Positions 34,138 through 47,394 of a stretch of DNA of 64,000 bases are shown here, piece after piece. The stretch is from assembly GCA_030704615.1 (NCBI GenBank), contig CM060734.1, positions 47,864,001 through 47,928,000 of the forward strand. The letters are read 5' to 3'. Under the pieces are notes generated by a model. It was not told the DNA's origin. It was given only the letters and a program-made list of their open reading frames with translations, and did not search any database. The translations under genes and the position numbers were made by a program. Each line of letters starts with the position of its first letter. The stretch's first letter is position 1. Source of the DNA: Takakia lepidozioides (taxonomy: Eukaryota > Plantae > Bryophyta).

Positions 34138-37100
34138 CTTCAAGGTCACGTCCTGTGCACACGGCTTGACACCTCCTTAATCCTCGTGATTTCCTCAGCG
34201 ATCCTTCTCCGCCAGGCTCGCACATCGGGGTGGGGTACAGGGGATCGAGGACGATGACCTTTTACGTATTTCCTTCATCTTTCCAGATCGACGGTGGTGG
34301 AGTCAGTATCCGTCTATGTACTAGCTCTGTTCATCCATTCCTCCAATTACCGATTTACTCATCCGTTATCTGTTCATCTTGTTCTTCGCAATTCTTCCGT
34401 CCATCCATCCCCTTTCCATCCATTTTTGTTCTCTATTTTTTCTGGCCGGATTATGGATGAATGTGTCATGTATTCTCGAAAATAAATACATGCTTTTAAT
34501 TTGATTTCCCAGTTAGTTTCATAATTAATATTTCCCTCGGCAGCTCGCCATCCGAGAGAGAGAGAGAGAGGAAGAAGAGAGTCAAGAAACATGAGAGAGA
34601 AGTGTTTGCAAGAAGAGAATGCGCAATCTCAGCTCCAAGAAACCTTGTGCAGCACTTATGCGCTCACGTGGAGTGGCATGAGGAAAGTTTTTGCAAGTAC
34701 ACAAGTTTGAGATGGTGACGGACTAGATTGCAGGCAGCGTGCTATCGGTCCCATCAAATACTGTCCAACGAGGGTCAATCACTTCCTTATTAATAAGCCT
34801 CGATCTCCACACGGGGCTTCCGCTTCCCTGTTGGACGGTGGGTACTAGGTAGTCCAAAACCTGAGGGAGGGAAGACTAGAGGTCTTCGACCTTTCTTCGA
34901 GATCTACTGAATCAGTGGAACTGAATTTGTTCTCTTCTGATGTTGTGGGAACAAGGCATCGGCTTTGTGGGTGGTGGCCGGTGGGATTTGAAGAGGGAGG
35001 GCTTAGCAGCGCCATGGTAATCCGAAATTTGCATTTATTCACGTAGGAAAGGCATCAATTGGCTGGGGATGACCTAGACAACTCCACTGATAATGATCTT
35101 TCTTGATCCGCCCAGCCATAACGTACACATGACTGGAGTGAAAATGTATCTCGGAGATGGGCATTCAACGATCATGGTTCTGCTTTACATTGGCTGTGCA
35201 CAGACATGACCTGGAGTTTCTCGAGCAGGTCTGGTTGATGAAATTCATTTACAGGCTCAATCTCAGCTTCTCCTAGTAGGGAACCTCCTGGACGACTTCA
35301 GTTCCATCTGTTTAGTAGCAGTCTTTCTCACCGGGTCACACTCCGACGGCGTAATATTGATGTTAAAATCTGCGACTTGCATGCAAGATTGATGCCCCTC
35401 GCTACATGAAGACTTCATCTTAAGAGCTCAAAACATATTTAGTCCTCAAAAGGCTGAGTCCCATATATGTTGCCAGAGAAGAGGTCTGCACCTTTCGGGT
35501 CCGCATCTGCCTCAGGAGATTACCATTATTAAGTCAGAGGAGGTCTCTTATTGATTGCAACGAGTCCAAAACTATAATTGGGATCCATCCAAGCTGCTAC
35601 CAACTCTGTAGCTGCTCTTAAAAATTGTCAGCTTAAACACGGGCTTGCTTGGGACGGGATTTCAAAAGCTCCAATACAGCGACATACAAAGAGCCTCAAG
35701 GATGGGCCTCTGCCCATCAACCATGCAATTCTGCAGGCGTGCAGACATTTAGACGGGGTCAGCCTCTTTACCCCACTGGCATGCCTCCACGTTGAACCAA
35801 CATACTAATGCAGGTGATGGACTCGCGGCTTCCTGAGTCAGCTCTTTAGCCATCTAGTAGTTGTTTCGTGGGAACTATCACTCACTCACACGCAGCCATC
35901 TCTGAAGTCTTTCCGAAGCAGGCATTTTACGCTTCGATTATACAGTGGAAAGTAAGTCTTCGAACCGAATGCCACATCATTTGAGAGAGAAAGGGAGATG
36001 CACTCTTTCGCTCACACTAGAATGCTTCGAACAGCCACCCGGCGGAACACGCTGTAACAACTCTTCCGGGTCAATGGAGGAGCTTGCGTAAGAGCAAGGT
36101 GGTCATGTCTCTCGGACAACCAATGTGGCAACGATAACTACTGCCATGTGGGCGCCAAGAAACAGCGTCTGTCATCTGATCTTCAAGTTCAAAAGACGAG
36201 GCTTCCTTACAAATCTTCGCCACCCAACAAGCTGTCCACCATTTGACTAAAGGCTGCAGTGTTTACCACCAGGAAACAGCTGATGGGTTGTTCAACAGTT
36301 ACCGCAGGGCCTGCGGCACCGGAGCTGACCCTCCACAGCATTTGTCAAGATGCATGTGTAACCCATTTTTCGACTGTCTTAAAAAAACTGAGCCCTAACT
36401 AAACTCGCTACCATGCTGGCATCATGCTGACTCTTGCAATGCAATTCAAACTATTTTGAACCAACCTAGCAGCTCCTGCATGCCAACTCATCACTTCATT
36501 TTAGGGTGAAGCTCCCAGGATTTGCTCTCCTGTTTCCAGCTGGAGAATCCCTTTCCTCAAACAAACAGGCCTCATCATGAGGGACACATGGCGGGCATGA
36601 TGCATTTTCGACAAACAGAAGCAAATTTAGGGCAGCCACCAACTTGAAAGTGGACAGTTTAGAGGGCGGTTTAATTGGGTATGCAAAGGCCATGCTTCCC
36701 TCATAATTTCTGTGCGGTGTGATAATTGGATATGCATCCACCAAGTTGTGTTGTGGCAGTGGTGGACGTGAAGAGCATTGTAATGATCGTGTATGTCAAT
36801 CAAATGTGATTTCGTCAATCGTGATTCTGCACATGCCAAAGAGATTTCTTCACTTCCATCATCAGCGTTCATGGATTCTGATTGTGCTCTAGAAGCTCCA
36901 TGTGGACGGGACTGGTAAGTTCGTCGTGCATTGCAAGACAGGGAGAACAGTGCAGATACGTGAGGGGCCCAGCTTGTCCGTCAACAAACACTGTTGTAGC
37001 GTGTGAGTGTGGGGATCAGATATGGACCCACCTCCCTAACAACTGCCAAGCAACCCATGGGCATCGTAGTTTCAAGCAAGACTTGTTGGGAAGAAAACAA

Positions 37101-37986
37101 CTTACCACGGTTTTTCCATTTGACCCGGGAAGTCAAGTTTCCAAGCAATCCTTTGAAGAGATTAAAAAAAGAGGGGTTTATTCGTTTATTCCAAAGCACA
37201 GAGACGGATGATCCATTTGGCAACATTGGCAACCCCGATACCCACATCGAATCAAGCTGCACAGACAAGGAATGAATTCGGGCTGCTATTAAGCTGGTTC
37301 GAAAAAAACAACGTTGGCTTCAGGCTGTGGGGGCCAACACTACTCCCTCATAATATATTTTACTCGGCCGGGTGATGGAGCCTGTCACACCCTTGTAGAC
37401 AGCAGACAGACAAGCACAGTAACAACAACAAACTCTCTGACAGCTGAAAGAAGCAAGTCCAGAGAGCTGCATGAAGGGCATGTTCTCCAATTATTATCTA
37501 ATCAATCATGCAAGCAAGACTCTCACAAGTAACTCTCGCAAGTAACTCCCCACTGCCGCAAGAAGGACAATGAGTGTGAAAATGATTCCCGCATGTACGA
37601 GCTGTCCTCTCTCTCTCTCTCTCTCTCGGAAGCCAAAGAACGCCACATCCAGAGCGGACAGATGCACGAGGAATCCCAGAGTGTGTAATGGAGTGAGCTA
37701 CTTGGACCCAGAAAGAATGTTAATGATTGAATTTCGCAACATCTCCCCGCAGTGAACTTAACATCTGCCGCACGGTGGCTCTACAAAAATAACATGATCC
37801 CAGATGGTGTGATGCTCAATGTGACTTTGACTAACAAGACTAGGCTGGATGACTCGACCCACATTTCTCTAGCCAAAAATAAGCTGCAGATTGTTTACAA
37901 TTCTGTCTCTCTCTGAAGTTTCAAGTTCTCACATGTACAAATCTAATCGCAATTTTGGGGTTAAGAACTAAAGGAGAAGCTACGCT

Positions 37987-39451
37987 CTATCTCTGCATGT
38001 CATCTACAAGATTTTCCAAGCCTGTACTCGGAAATGGTTTCTCGCTTGCTGCAAGAAAATCCATCTGTATTACAGGATACTCATGGTGCATCACTGTCAA
38101 CTCCCTTTGCCTCCGCATTTCCAGAATTTTCTTGTGAGAATTGGAATGCTTGTGCCCAATGTAGCCAGGACTGCCAGCAGGTCTGTACTCTGGCAGAAGC
38201 CTTCCAGACTTGTAGCGCACCCCACAAGCGTTGCAGAGTGTTTTGGGGCCCATGGGGCCTGTCCTCCATTGAGGGGTGCGCTGTGTTGCGCAGTGCATGC
38301 ACCGCCAAGGTTGTGTGACATCTTGCCCTTTCTTCCGCCCTTTACTGGGCTTCCAGCTCATTTTCGAAGACAACGAGTCCGACCCCTGCTCTAGAGCTTC
38401 AACTCCACTGTCCCCGGAAACGGCTGGCGAGGTGAGAGGCGAGTAAGAATGAGCATCCATAATTATATTGGAGTCAGTGGCCATTGACTCGAGACTATTC
38501 ACAGATGAGTTAGAAGGCAGGATGCGCGATGTCCAGACGCGAACTCCAGTTCGTGACCTTTTACTGCGAGCACGTCCGGGCACAGAAAACTCGCGATAAT
38601 CGCTGCCTGTCAATTCTGACGAAGTGGCACTGCTCTCCAGAACAGAAATAGGACTTGCTCTTTCAAACCGATCGGTATTGGAGCTGAACGCGGTCTGCTT
38701 CTCGACACTGACAGTCAGAGGGCAACAATTTGTCACCATTTTCGGTGTTTCCCCCATGGAAAACGAGTCTTCCACAAACTTTGACAGCCACTCCAGCTCA
38801 GCTAGGTCATCACACTGCACATACCCAGAACAGGAAACAGCTTAGTCCGAGCGCAATGCGGTTCTTGTGAACCCACGAACTCAAAATTTTGTGGCAACAG
38901 CGTAAGCGAGGCAAGGAGAAAGGAAGCTTCGTAAACACCTTGGCAAGGGCTATCGAATGGAAAAAGAAAGCCAATATTGTCCTTCAAACAAATCATGCCC
39001 GCCAGGTTTGCAGTGGGAGAGTTACAGCGTATAAAACCCACATTACAAATATGTGAAGTGGCTGAATCAATTCAACTACACTTTCATCATAGAGAAGAAG
39101 GCAGCGAGACAGTTTGAAACTTACAGGCACACAAAGGTCTGTCTTAATGTGCTCATCTTCGTCAAGAAGACATGGAATTTGTTCCTCCTTCCTCTCTTCA
39201 AGAGAGGAGGAGCAACTGACAGTTTCGGCCATAGTCACAGTCGAGTCAGCGGTAAGGTCTGACAGTTGCAATATACTTCCTCCTTCCCCTATCGGCCCGG
39301 CAATATCTTCATTAGAGAAATCCAGTAAATCATCAATGTGAAACACGTCCACCAGGCTCCCTGTTTCCACCTCTGCTACTTTGTTCAACCTTTTAACCTC
39401 ATTACAGGAGACGCCAGACCCAGTGCCCGCAAGTGTATTGGGAGCCTCCAT
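37987..39451 (-). CDS. GATA transcription factor, class A (subfamily I)
   Basis: Exon 39451-39125 ([13 protein letters not shown]...LCVP), exon 38814-37987 ([33 protein letters not shown][35 protein letters not shown]..HSNSHKK). Confidence 0.95.
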
Positions 39452-42400
39452 GTTGCGACCAGAGTGCAACAACTGAACCCCAAAACCTGCCTCACACTCA
39501 CTCGCAGCTGGCTCTTGACAATTACCAGTCTGTGATACGCCAAAGAGATCACCAGAACGACAAACAAGTTCGTTCGCCCACAGAAAACCGAACACCTGTT
39601 GGCCAAGGATTACCAGTGAGTTCGTTCGTTCAAATGCTACGAACGTTATTCAGCATTCGGGCATTACACTTCAATAACCCGATAAAGCTGCATACGCAAA
39701 GTCCGTGATAACACCGAGCGTCATTCCTTTCCGGAGTCGGAAGCTCAAATAACAGCAGGACTGCTGAAAATATTGAAAAGAATCGGTCCCAAACAACAGC
39801 TCAAGGTCTGAACACCGGGCATTGGAAAGAGGATTCAAACAGTGCACCAACCGACCCCCGAGACGCACCTTCTTGACACCCAGAATTTCAATTTGAATTC
39901 ACCGGCTTCCCGTCCCCCAATTTGCACACCCGACCCGAAACACGAGACACGCGCGTACAAATGCAACTAGCAGCCTAACGACCATACCACATCTCCGTGC
40001 ACAGCCTTCTAAACCAACACGGCCGCAACGTCAACAACAACAGCAAGCACCTGCAACAAAAACGAAGGAAACAGAAGAAGAAGCTTCAACACCCCTCCAC
40101 ACTCAAAACAATCCCAATGATGAACCAACCCCTGACTGTCACATTGAACAGGCAAGCATGAAACAGCCAGAGCTTCAAGCTTCAAGCTAAAGACTGCACT
40201 GCACTGCAGCACTCGGGATGCAGTCCTCACCAACCCCAACCACTGGTGGTTTGCCAGCAATGGCTGTGCAGACTCTCGCAGACAGACACTCTGAGACAGA
40301 CCCTGGACCTTGGCTCTAGCCTAGCCCATGCCAGAGCTCCATGCAACGCAATGCCGCCTCTGCGCGACGATGCTGCCTTCCCATGCAGGCCCCGCTGCCC
40401 CGCCTGCACGCCCCTACCCCCCTCCTCTTCTCCCTGCCCGCACTCAACACGCCACGCCAGCGGCCGTGCCCTGCCGTGTACGTTGCCTGCCTCCCTCATT
40501 ACTCTGCGTGCGCCAGACCGTGCGCGGGAGCGTGCGCGTGCTGCCATCGTGCCCATGTCTCCCTCTCCATCCACCCCCGACGGACCTCCGCCGAGAATCT
40601 TTCTCCGGATGCGCATATTCACGGCATCTCTCACGGACGGGCGGTGGGATGACGTTTCCAGTCCTGCACGGATAGAGAGCGTGGATGGATATTCTCCTGG
40701 GATCTGTGAGGTGGATGAATGGAAGTGTACCTAAGTGCCATTGCTACTTATGAACGGAGGTGCGGCGATGATCAGTATGACCCCCATCGGGTGGTGGTGA
40801 AAATCTGATCATACTACTCGCGTATGCCCGAATTATGAAACGGCGGTGAGGACAATCGGCGTGCCGGATGGGATGGGATTGGAGCAATTGTTTTGCCATC
40901 CGGCATCGACTTGGTTGAGTGATATGCGTATATTGTTTTGCGGATATTGTTGTGTGCATCCGTCGATGGACTGGGATGTGTCGGTGCGGTTGTCGATCCG
41001 GTTGTTGAACGGATGTAGGGATGGAAGGGAGGAACGACTTGTTTAATTGGATTAGTTGTTTATTGTGGTCTCGTGGAGTTGCGACATGGCATCATGGGCA
41101 TGAACATGACAGGGTCACGACGGGCAGGACGGGCAGTGCGTGGACGGGCAGGGGCGGGCAGGTACGTACGGGGCCATTGGGCAGGCGAGGTGAACAGTTG
41201 TAACCGCCCGCGCGGAAAGTTCCGCGGGCTGCCCGGGCGCAAGTAAACGCTCGCAGTCGTTGCTGCGGTTTCTTGCAGCGTAGCGTCGTGGACCGGGTCG
41301 TTCCTGGCCACCCGGCCTCGCCTGTTCCTGCCTGGAGACTGGGCCCTGCTTTTGTGTGTTGCGTCATCGGGCCAACTGGATGCCAGATTCCTGACGTGGA
41401 CAGAATATTCAGATTCTACTTGGCTGGCCTCAGAGACTTTGCGGGCGGTAAATAAAGAAGGTTCCAGCAGTAGAAGGAATGGGCATGTGGGGCGGAAGAG
41501 TTGGGTCCAGGCATGTTCCAGGAAGGATTCTTCGGCAGCTGCTGCTCAGAAACTGACCTAGTAAACACACGGCAGACTGCTGAGGTGGTACTTATTTGAA
41601 AATGACATGTTTGACCGGGCCGGTTGTGCACTAGAATGGACCGCCTCAGCACTGTTCTGCAATGTAACCCAAGCTGGATGGATGTTGCGAGAGGAATCAG
41701 AATCTGTAGCCAAAGGTGACATTATTGGTTCTGAAGCTTTGGTACAGGCGACAAGGACCCAGCAACAATTTTGATGGCCGGGAAGTTGTGATGTTTTGTT
41801 TGCCATGTATAAGAGGGGATGGAGGGCGGTCATGTCATGCACTATTGTCCCTCTCTTTGTCCCATTCCTTCATGTGTGCGGTGCGGCCACACATTCCGCA
41901 ACCTGCTACACTCAAAAACATGTTGTTCTCAGAATGCGGAATTAACCAAATGTTGGCCGGATTTTCTTGGCACTGCAATGTCCAACCATGACCGCTCGCT
42001 ATTGAAAACTAGCCTATAATTTTAAAGCCCACTTCCGAGCAGTGATGCACAATTATTACGTCCTCATTAACTTCGTCTCGTTGGATATTCCCAAATGTGG
42101 TCACGCATTTGAAGTTTAGTGTAAGTTATGAACACTGAATCACATCATCCCTCCGTCTTTCATTGGAGCCATAATTCAGCACCCCAACAAAAGATACTTA
42201 ATTGGCCTTGTATGTAGTATTATGACCTACAGTCTACTCCACTTGATCCTTGCATCATTTTCAATGGAGTTGCAAGAGTGAGGCCCTCATCAAGTGGGCT
42301 TGCTTACACAAGACTATTATGCTGCTGATACCATTAATGGTTCCAAGGCGAGAGGAATTGAATGCTACGTGACTTTAGACGTGTCAGGGGTTTGTTTCTA

Positions 42401-45400
42401 CAGTGGGGTTCTGTCTCCGAGAAAAAACATGGTTGCATGTCATTCCGTCCCTGGGTTTTGTGCTGGAATCATTTTCTCTCTCGAGTGATGTTCTGGGTCT
42501 GAACAGTGAAGAGAATCATTAAGTTATGGAGAGGTCGGGGAATCACCACTCCCCGCAAATGGAAGCCCGGAGTGAAGGCTCCACCACAATGATGGTGGTC
42601 ATGGGGCTGGGCTGGCTGCTCCTGTTTGATTGAGGGAAAAGGTGATGTAATCAGGCTCTGTCGCTTGCAATGATGCACCGGGTTTGCGGGTGCTGCTGGA
42701 CGCCATAGCCAGTAAGTATGTAGTGTCACAAGACCTCCGAGGGATGCAGGAGAGGGAGGCGAGAGAGAGATAGAGGGGAGAGAGGCAAGGCGGGCATTAG
42801 GCTGACGGGGGTGGCCCACCACACGCTGCTCATCATCGATAGTGAGAGCTTGAATCGCCATTTATTCCGCGCGTTTAGGTGCAGTCACGAGGTTGTTGCT
42901 GCCCTGCTTGTCTCCTCCCCTCGGCTAATAAGGAATCAGGATTACGGCTTGCTAATCAGCATTAGGGGCTGTGATTTGAGCTTTGTGATTTGGGGTGGGA
43001 TCAGAGGTTTATTTATGGATGCATGGGTAGACAACCCAGCATCCATGTGCTGATGAGCATTATGCTCAATGATCACCGTCACTCTGCCTGGCTGCCTGCA
43101 ATGATCTGAGAGGAGCAACCACGCGATTCCTGCGTTGGAAGCCGCGTCCAGCTCGGTGGTTGGTCTCACACAGCAGAGGCCCCCAGAGGGGGGTAAAAAA
43201 GTATGGTGCATTATGCAATAGAAAGTGTCCTTTTGGCTTGCTTCTTATTGCCGCCGCCTGCTTCCACCAAGCTCACCAGTTTCCTCGTCCCTGCCATGAT
43301 GCCAGTTTCATTATGCCCGCTTTGAATTATATTACCAAATGGACATACATGCTGAGGCTTTCCAGCTGGATGTGTGTCCCCATGGATACCTACTCTGGAA
43401 ACGAGAGTCAGCACGGCTTTGGAATTGACTAAGCTTGCAGAGTGGTGGTGGGTGAGCTCACACTGCTCTGTTCCGCTCTTCCCCTGGACGTCATCTCATG
43501 CCTCTATAATTGCAATGCAACTGTGCAAGTAGCATATTCCCGTTCAACCCCAGAACAGAGAGCTCTTCATTCCACACTATAATCAACTATATCAGCCCAC
43601 TGACCGCCATGTAGAAACTGGTGCGCAAGGCACACTCATGCTGCTGGCAAGGCTTTCAGTGGATGCAGGCAAAGCATGCAAGCCGGCCACCGTTTGTGCT
43701 GCCACTGTAGGCAAGGCTGCGTTGTAATGCACTGCCTCTAGTCACGGACTCATCAGCAGAGGGTGCTGTCGTTAGGCTAAGCCTCAAACTAAGCAGCATT
43801 AATGCTGGCACTGGATTCGGGGCCCCAGTAGACTGTTACCCGTCACGGCAGGCCAGCCCGTGTCAGCACTGACATCGCCAAACTCAACATGGCATTACAG
43901 CACCGACAGCAGAGCTCTGGCATGCGCGAGATGGTGGCTTTATAAAAAAGCATGGTTATATCCCCCGCCTCCGGACACAATCCCACAGCCTCCAACAAAC
44001 TTCTCCCACGGCCCCAGTCCTTGCGCCTTTCCCGCAACACTCTCTGCAATCTCTCACAAAAGCCTGCGCGCAGATAACTAAAGCACCTGCCAGTCAGCAA
44101 ACCGCAGAGCCCGGTCGTCGTCGTCGTCGTCGCTCTCTCTCGCGCGCACGCACAACGTGAGTCGCTCCGAGTGGCGCGCACGCACGCACGATCGCGCGGC
44201 GCTCCCAACCCCGCGGCGCGCGCCGAAGACCGCGCGATGCGCAACTGAATCCCGGTTCCAAGAACGTTCGACAGTTACATTGCTGGGTAGGTAGGTAGGC
44301 CGGTCGGTTCGTGTATAGCCCTACTCTCCGCAAGTGCGTTGCGCCCGTCCACAGTGCACTCCAGCGTTTTTTTTATTGGCGAATTTTCGCCAGATTTCGA
44401 CCTCAAAAAATAAAATGGAATATTCTGTCGCAAATCCCCTGTATTTTCATGGATGTTCACCAAATTTCTCCATATAAAAAATAATTATCGATGAATTCGC
44501 GAAATATGGATACAGAGGTGGATGAATTTCAGTGGATGAACAGAATGTACCGCTATTTTCTGCAAAACTTTATAGCCACTCGTGCTGTTTTCCAAATTTC
44601 TTAAAAATACACTGGTGCACTCCCTTCAACCCCCACTGCCTACCCTTAGAATCCCTTCCCACCCTCTCTTTTAAGAAAAAAAACTATTGTTATTACTTTT
44701 TTAATTTTAATGGAAAGAGGAGCGGAGCCCTGTTCATCAAATCAAAGATCGAGGAAAAAATAACCTCGTGAGGGGCGAACAATGGGGGGGAACCTCCCAT
44801 CCCTCTCTTCCAGGCATGCGGGCGGTGATAAAGCCATCTCCCATGCCGGCAGATATGGGAAGCTAATTTGCGGATAGGATTTATATATATATGACGGCCA
44901 ACTGGAGTTAGTGTAAATAAGAGCCTCCTCCTTTTGGCTCAGGCTATTTTGCGGATATGCTGATTGGATAATGGAAGGGAAGTAGGCTTTCAACAAGAAA
45001 TGAAGTCAAGCGTGAATGTGGCCAGACTTTTCGACTAGTATCGAGTCATGCCACACTTGCTCCCGGAGCCCGTGTAACTAAGAGCCATTTCGGCTGAGGG
45101 GTGGGCCATATAACACACAAGACACAAAGAGGAGGACATGGAGGAGAGACAAGGGGTGCCAAAATGTGGGTTTAGTTGGGGGAGGTATGATGGTTCATGA
45201 ATGGATGCAACTTGAGAACCAGCAACTTGAGAACCAGCAAGTAGCTAGCTACCAACTTTGTGATTAGTAACATGTACTTGGGCCTTTTCATATCATGTTG
45301 AGATGTCCCTAAGAAGCTCTCAGGTGTCGCCGTAGAGCACAGATTTTGTGATTGCTACTTAGCTTGAAGGTGGGTGGTCATCCACAATTGTTATGACTTG

Positions 45401-46109
45401 TACAAGTTGTTGATGTGCTTGTCAATTTGTCCCATCCCTCTCATTCGTCCCTCGTCGGAAAGAGTGTGTGATGACATTGTCATAAGATCATGTCTAGTTT
45501 GCAAGTTGGTGCTAATCACTTATAAAATGGTGATGACTGCAAACTAACTTCACGCGAACATTTCAATGGTGGGTGGAATCATGTTGAATCAGTGACCCAG
45601 CGATGGTTTGTCATTCACCGCATTCGTCGTCATTGTCTGGTAAACACAAAACAAAATTATGGATGGAGACAAGATCTCACTGTCCGATAGCGACTTCCAT
45701 CCTAGCCGCATCATAGCAATATCAATCTTATCCTATGGGCATATGCCCAACACTTGGTACACTACAATAAGGGCTCAGATACCTAAAGAATAACTCTTTG
45801 TCACCCATGGACTTCAATCACATCTCCTGCGTATATGGGGAGACAAACCAAATGGAACTGGGAACTAAGAACTAAGAACTAAGAAAAATCTCACCAAAGC
45901 GGCGGTTTGTTTCCTGGCAAATCTTCACAAAATTGCGATCTCAAAACTAGTCTTGCTACGTTTACAAAGGAAAACAAGGGAGAAAAAAGGATTTTTAGGG
46001 TTGTCAAGGAGCCTAGGTAGCCATTCGAGCTAGTAATGGAGGAGTTTGCCACATCAACTCGCCACTCACTTTGTTAGTAGCCAAAATCTTACTCTCCCTA
46101 TTGCTTGAC

Positions 46110-46300
46110 AACCAGCATGTAGCCCAATGTTAATGGGCACATACCACGATGGATGTGGTTGTGGGTTCAAACCCCGGTCTGGTGTGTCAGGAAGGCAATA
46201 GCCCTTGACACAATAAGTTACGCTCATACTTTGTTTTTTTTCCCTATGCTTCGTAGTCACATCCCTTGCATAAAGGAGATTGATTTAATTCCTTTTTGTG
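46110..46300 (+). mobile_element. tRNA-derived SINE-like element
   Basis: A-box-like TAGCCCAATG and B-box-like GGTTCAAACCC at tRNA spacing; no cloverleaf. Confidence 0.5.
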
Positions 46301-46337
46301 TGCTTACTTGCCTAGTTATTAAAGGATTGGTTAATAC

Positions 46338-47394
46338 CAGTGTTGGGCGGGTATTACTTTTTCTAATACCAGACGGGTCCTGGTATTGAAAAGAAATTAA
46401 TTTCAATACCAGCAGGCTCCATAGTACTGGAAGATTCACTTAATTGTAATATGCCAGTTCTCAATAGCAGTATGATTTTTTGATTTGCGGACGGATGGGT
46501 ATTCCAATCTAATATCAACCGGGATATCAATGATTAAAATTAAAATTAAAGTAACCACTAAATTAATATGTCTTTAACTGAATTAAGAAGCATACTTGAT
46601 TTCACAAAGAAATTAATTATTATGTTGCAAAATTCAGACTTTGCATTACATAATAATGTTTAAAATAAATAATATAAGTAGTGTTGCAGATTTTAGTATA
46701 GGGTAATGCCCCTTGTGTCGGGCATTCCCCAGGGCCTACCGCCCTGGGGAAGGCCCCAAAATCTGGGAATGCCCCACACGTGGGGCCTTACCCTGCTTAA
46801 AGAAATGCCAAAAATCTAAAAACATAATCTTTCTTAAGAGAGTTCATGATGCTGATCCTAAAAGCCGGTGCATTCTGCATTTCAGAATGCACTCGACGGA
46901 GCCTGGCAGAATGCACCTCCATGAATTCTTCTTTTTAACTGCACGACAAATACGAACAAATTTTTTTGGCAGTGCTTTGAGTATGCAAAGTGAAGCAATT
47001 GAAGCTAGTTGAAAGAAGACTGATTGCAAGCCTCATCATCAAATAAACTAGCATTTGCAATAAGGTCCGCAGATAAAGACACCCTACTTGTGCTAAGAAA
47101 TGAAGAATAGTGGCGGGCCCTTGGGGCTGGACATGCCATGCCTGACATGTGCAACCCGCCCCATTTCATATCTATACCATGGTATAGTCCTTGTTTTTTC
47201 CCATAATACGAGTATTGGATGGGTATTGCCTTTGGCAATACCAACCGGTTCTGTCACTAACCCTAGTATTGGAGTTGCCACTACTAGCCGGTTCGGTTAT
47301 TAACCCTATTATTACAATAGCCAATACTAGCCGGGTCGGTTATTCAATACCATGGTTGATACCCGGCCAGACTCTATATACCAGTCCAACACTG
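46338..47394. mobile_element. Non-autonomous hAT element (1057 bp)
   Basis: TIRs CAGTGTTGGGCGGGTAT / CAGTGTTGGACTGGTAT (reverse complement); 8-bp TSD GTTAATAC / GTTAACAC; many AATACC/GGTATT subterminal repeats. Confidence 0.85.

Noticed and set aside
40227-41455. Many overlapping 60-160 aa ORFs
   Set aside because: Expected in GC-rich promoter/5' UTR DNA; Arg/Pro/Ala-rich with no domain.
43085-43745. Partial matches to miR160 (43085) and miR408 (43727)
   Set aside because: Only ~9-13 nt of contiguous match and no fold-back partner seen.
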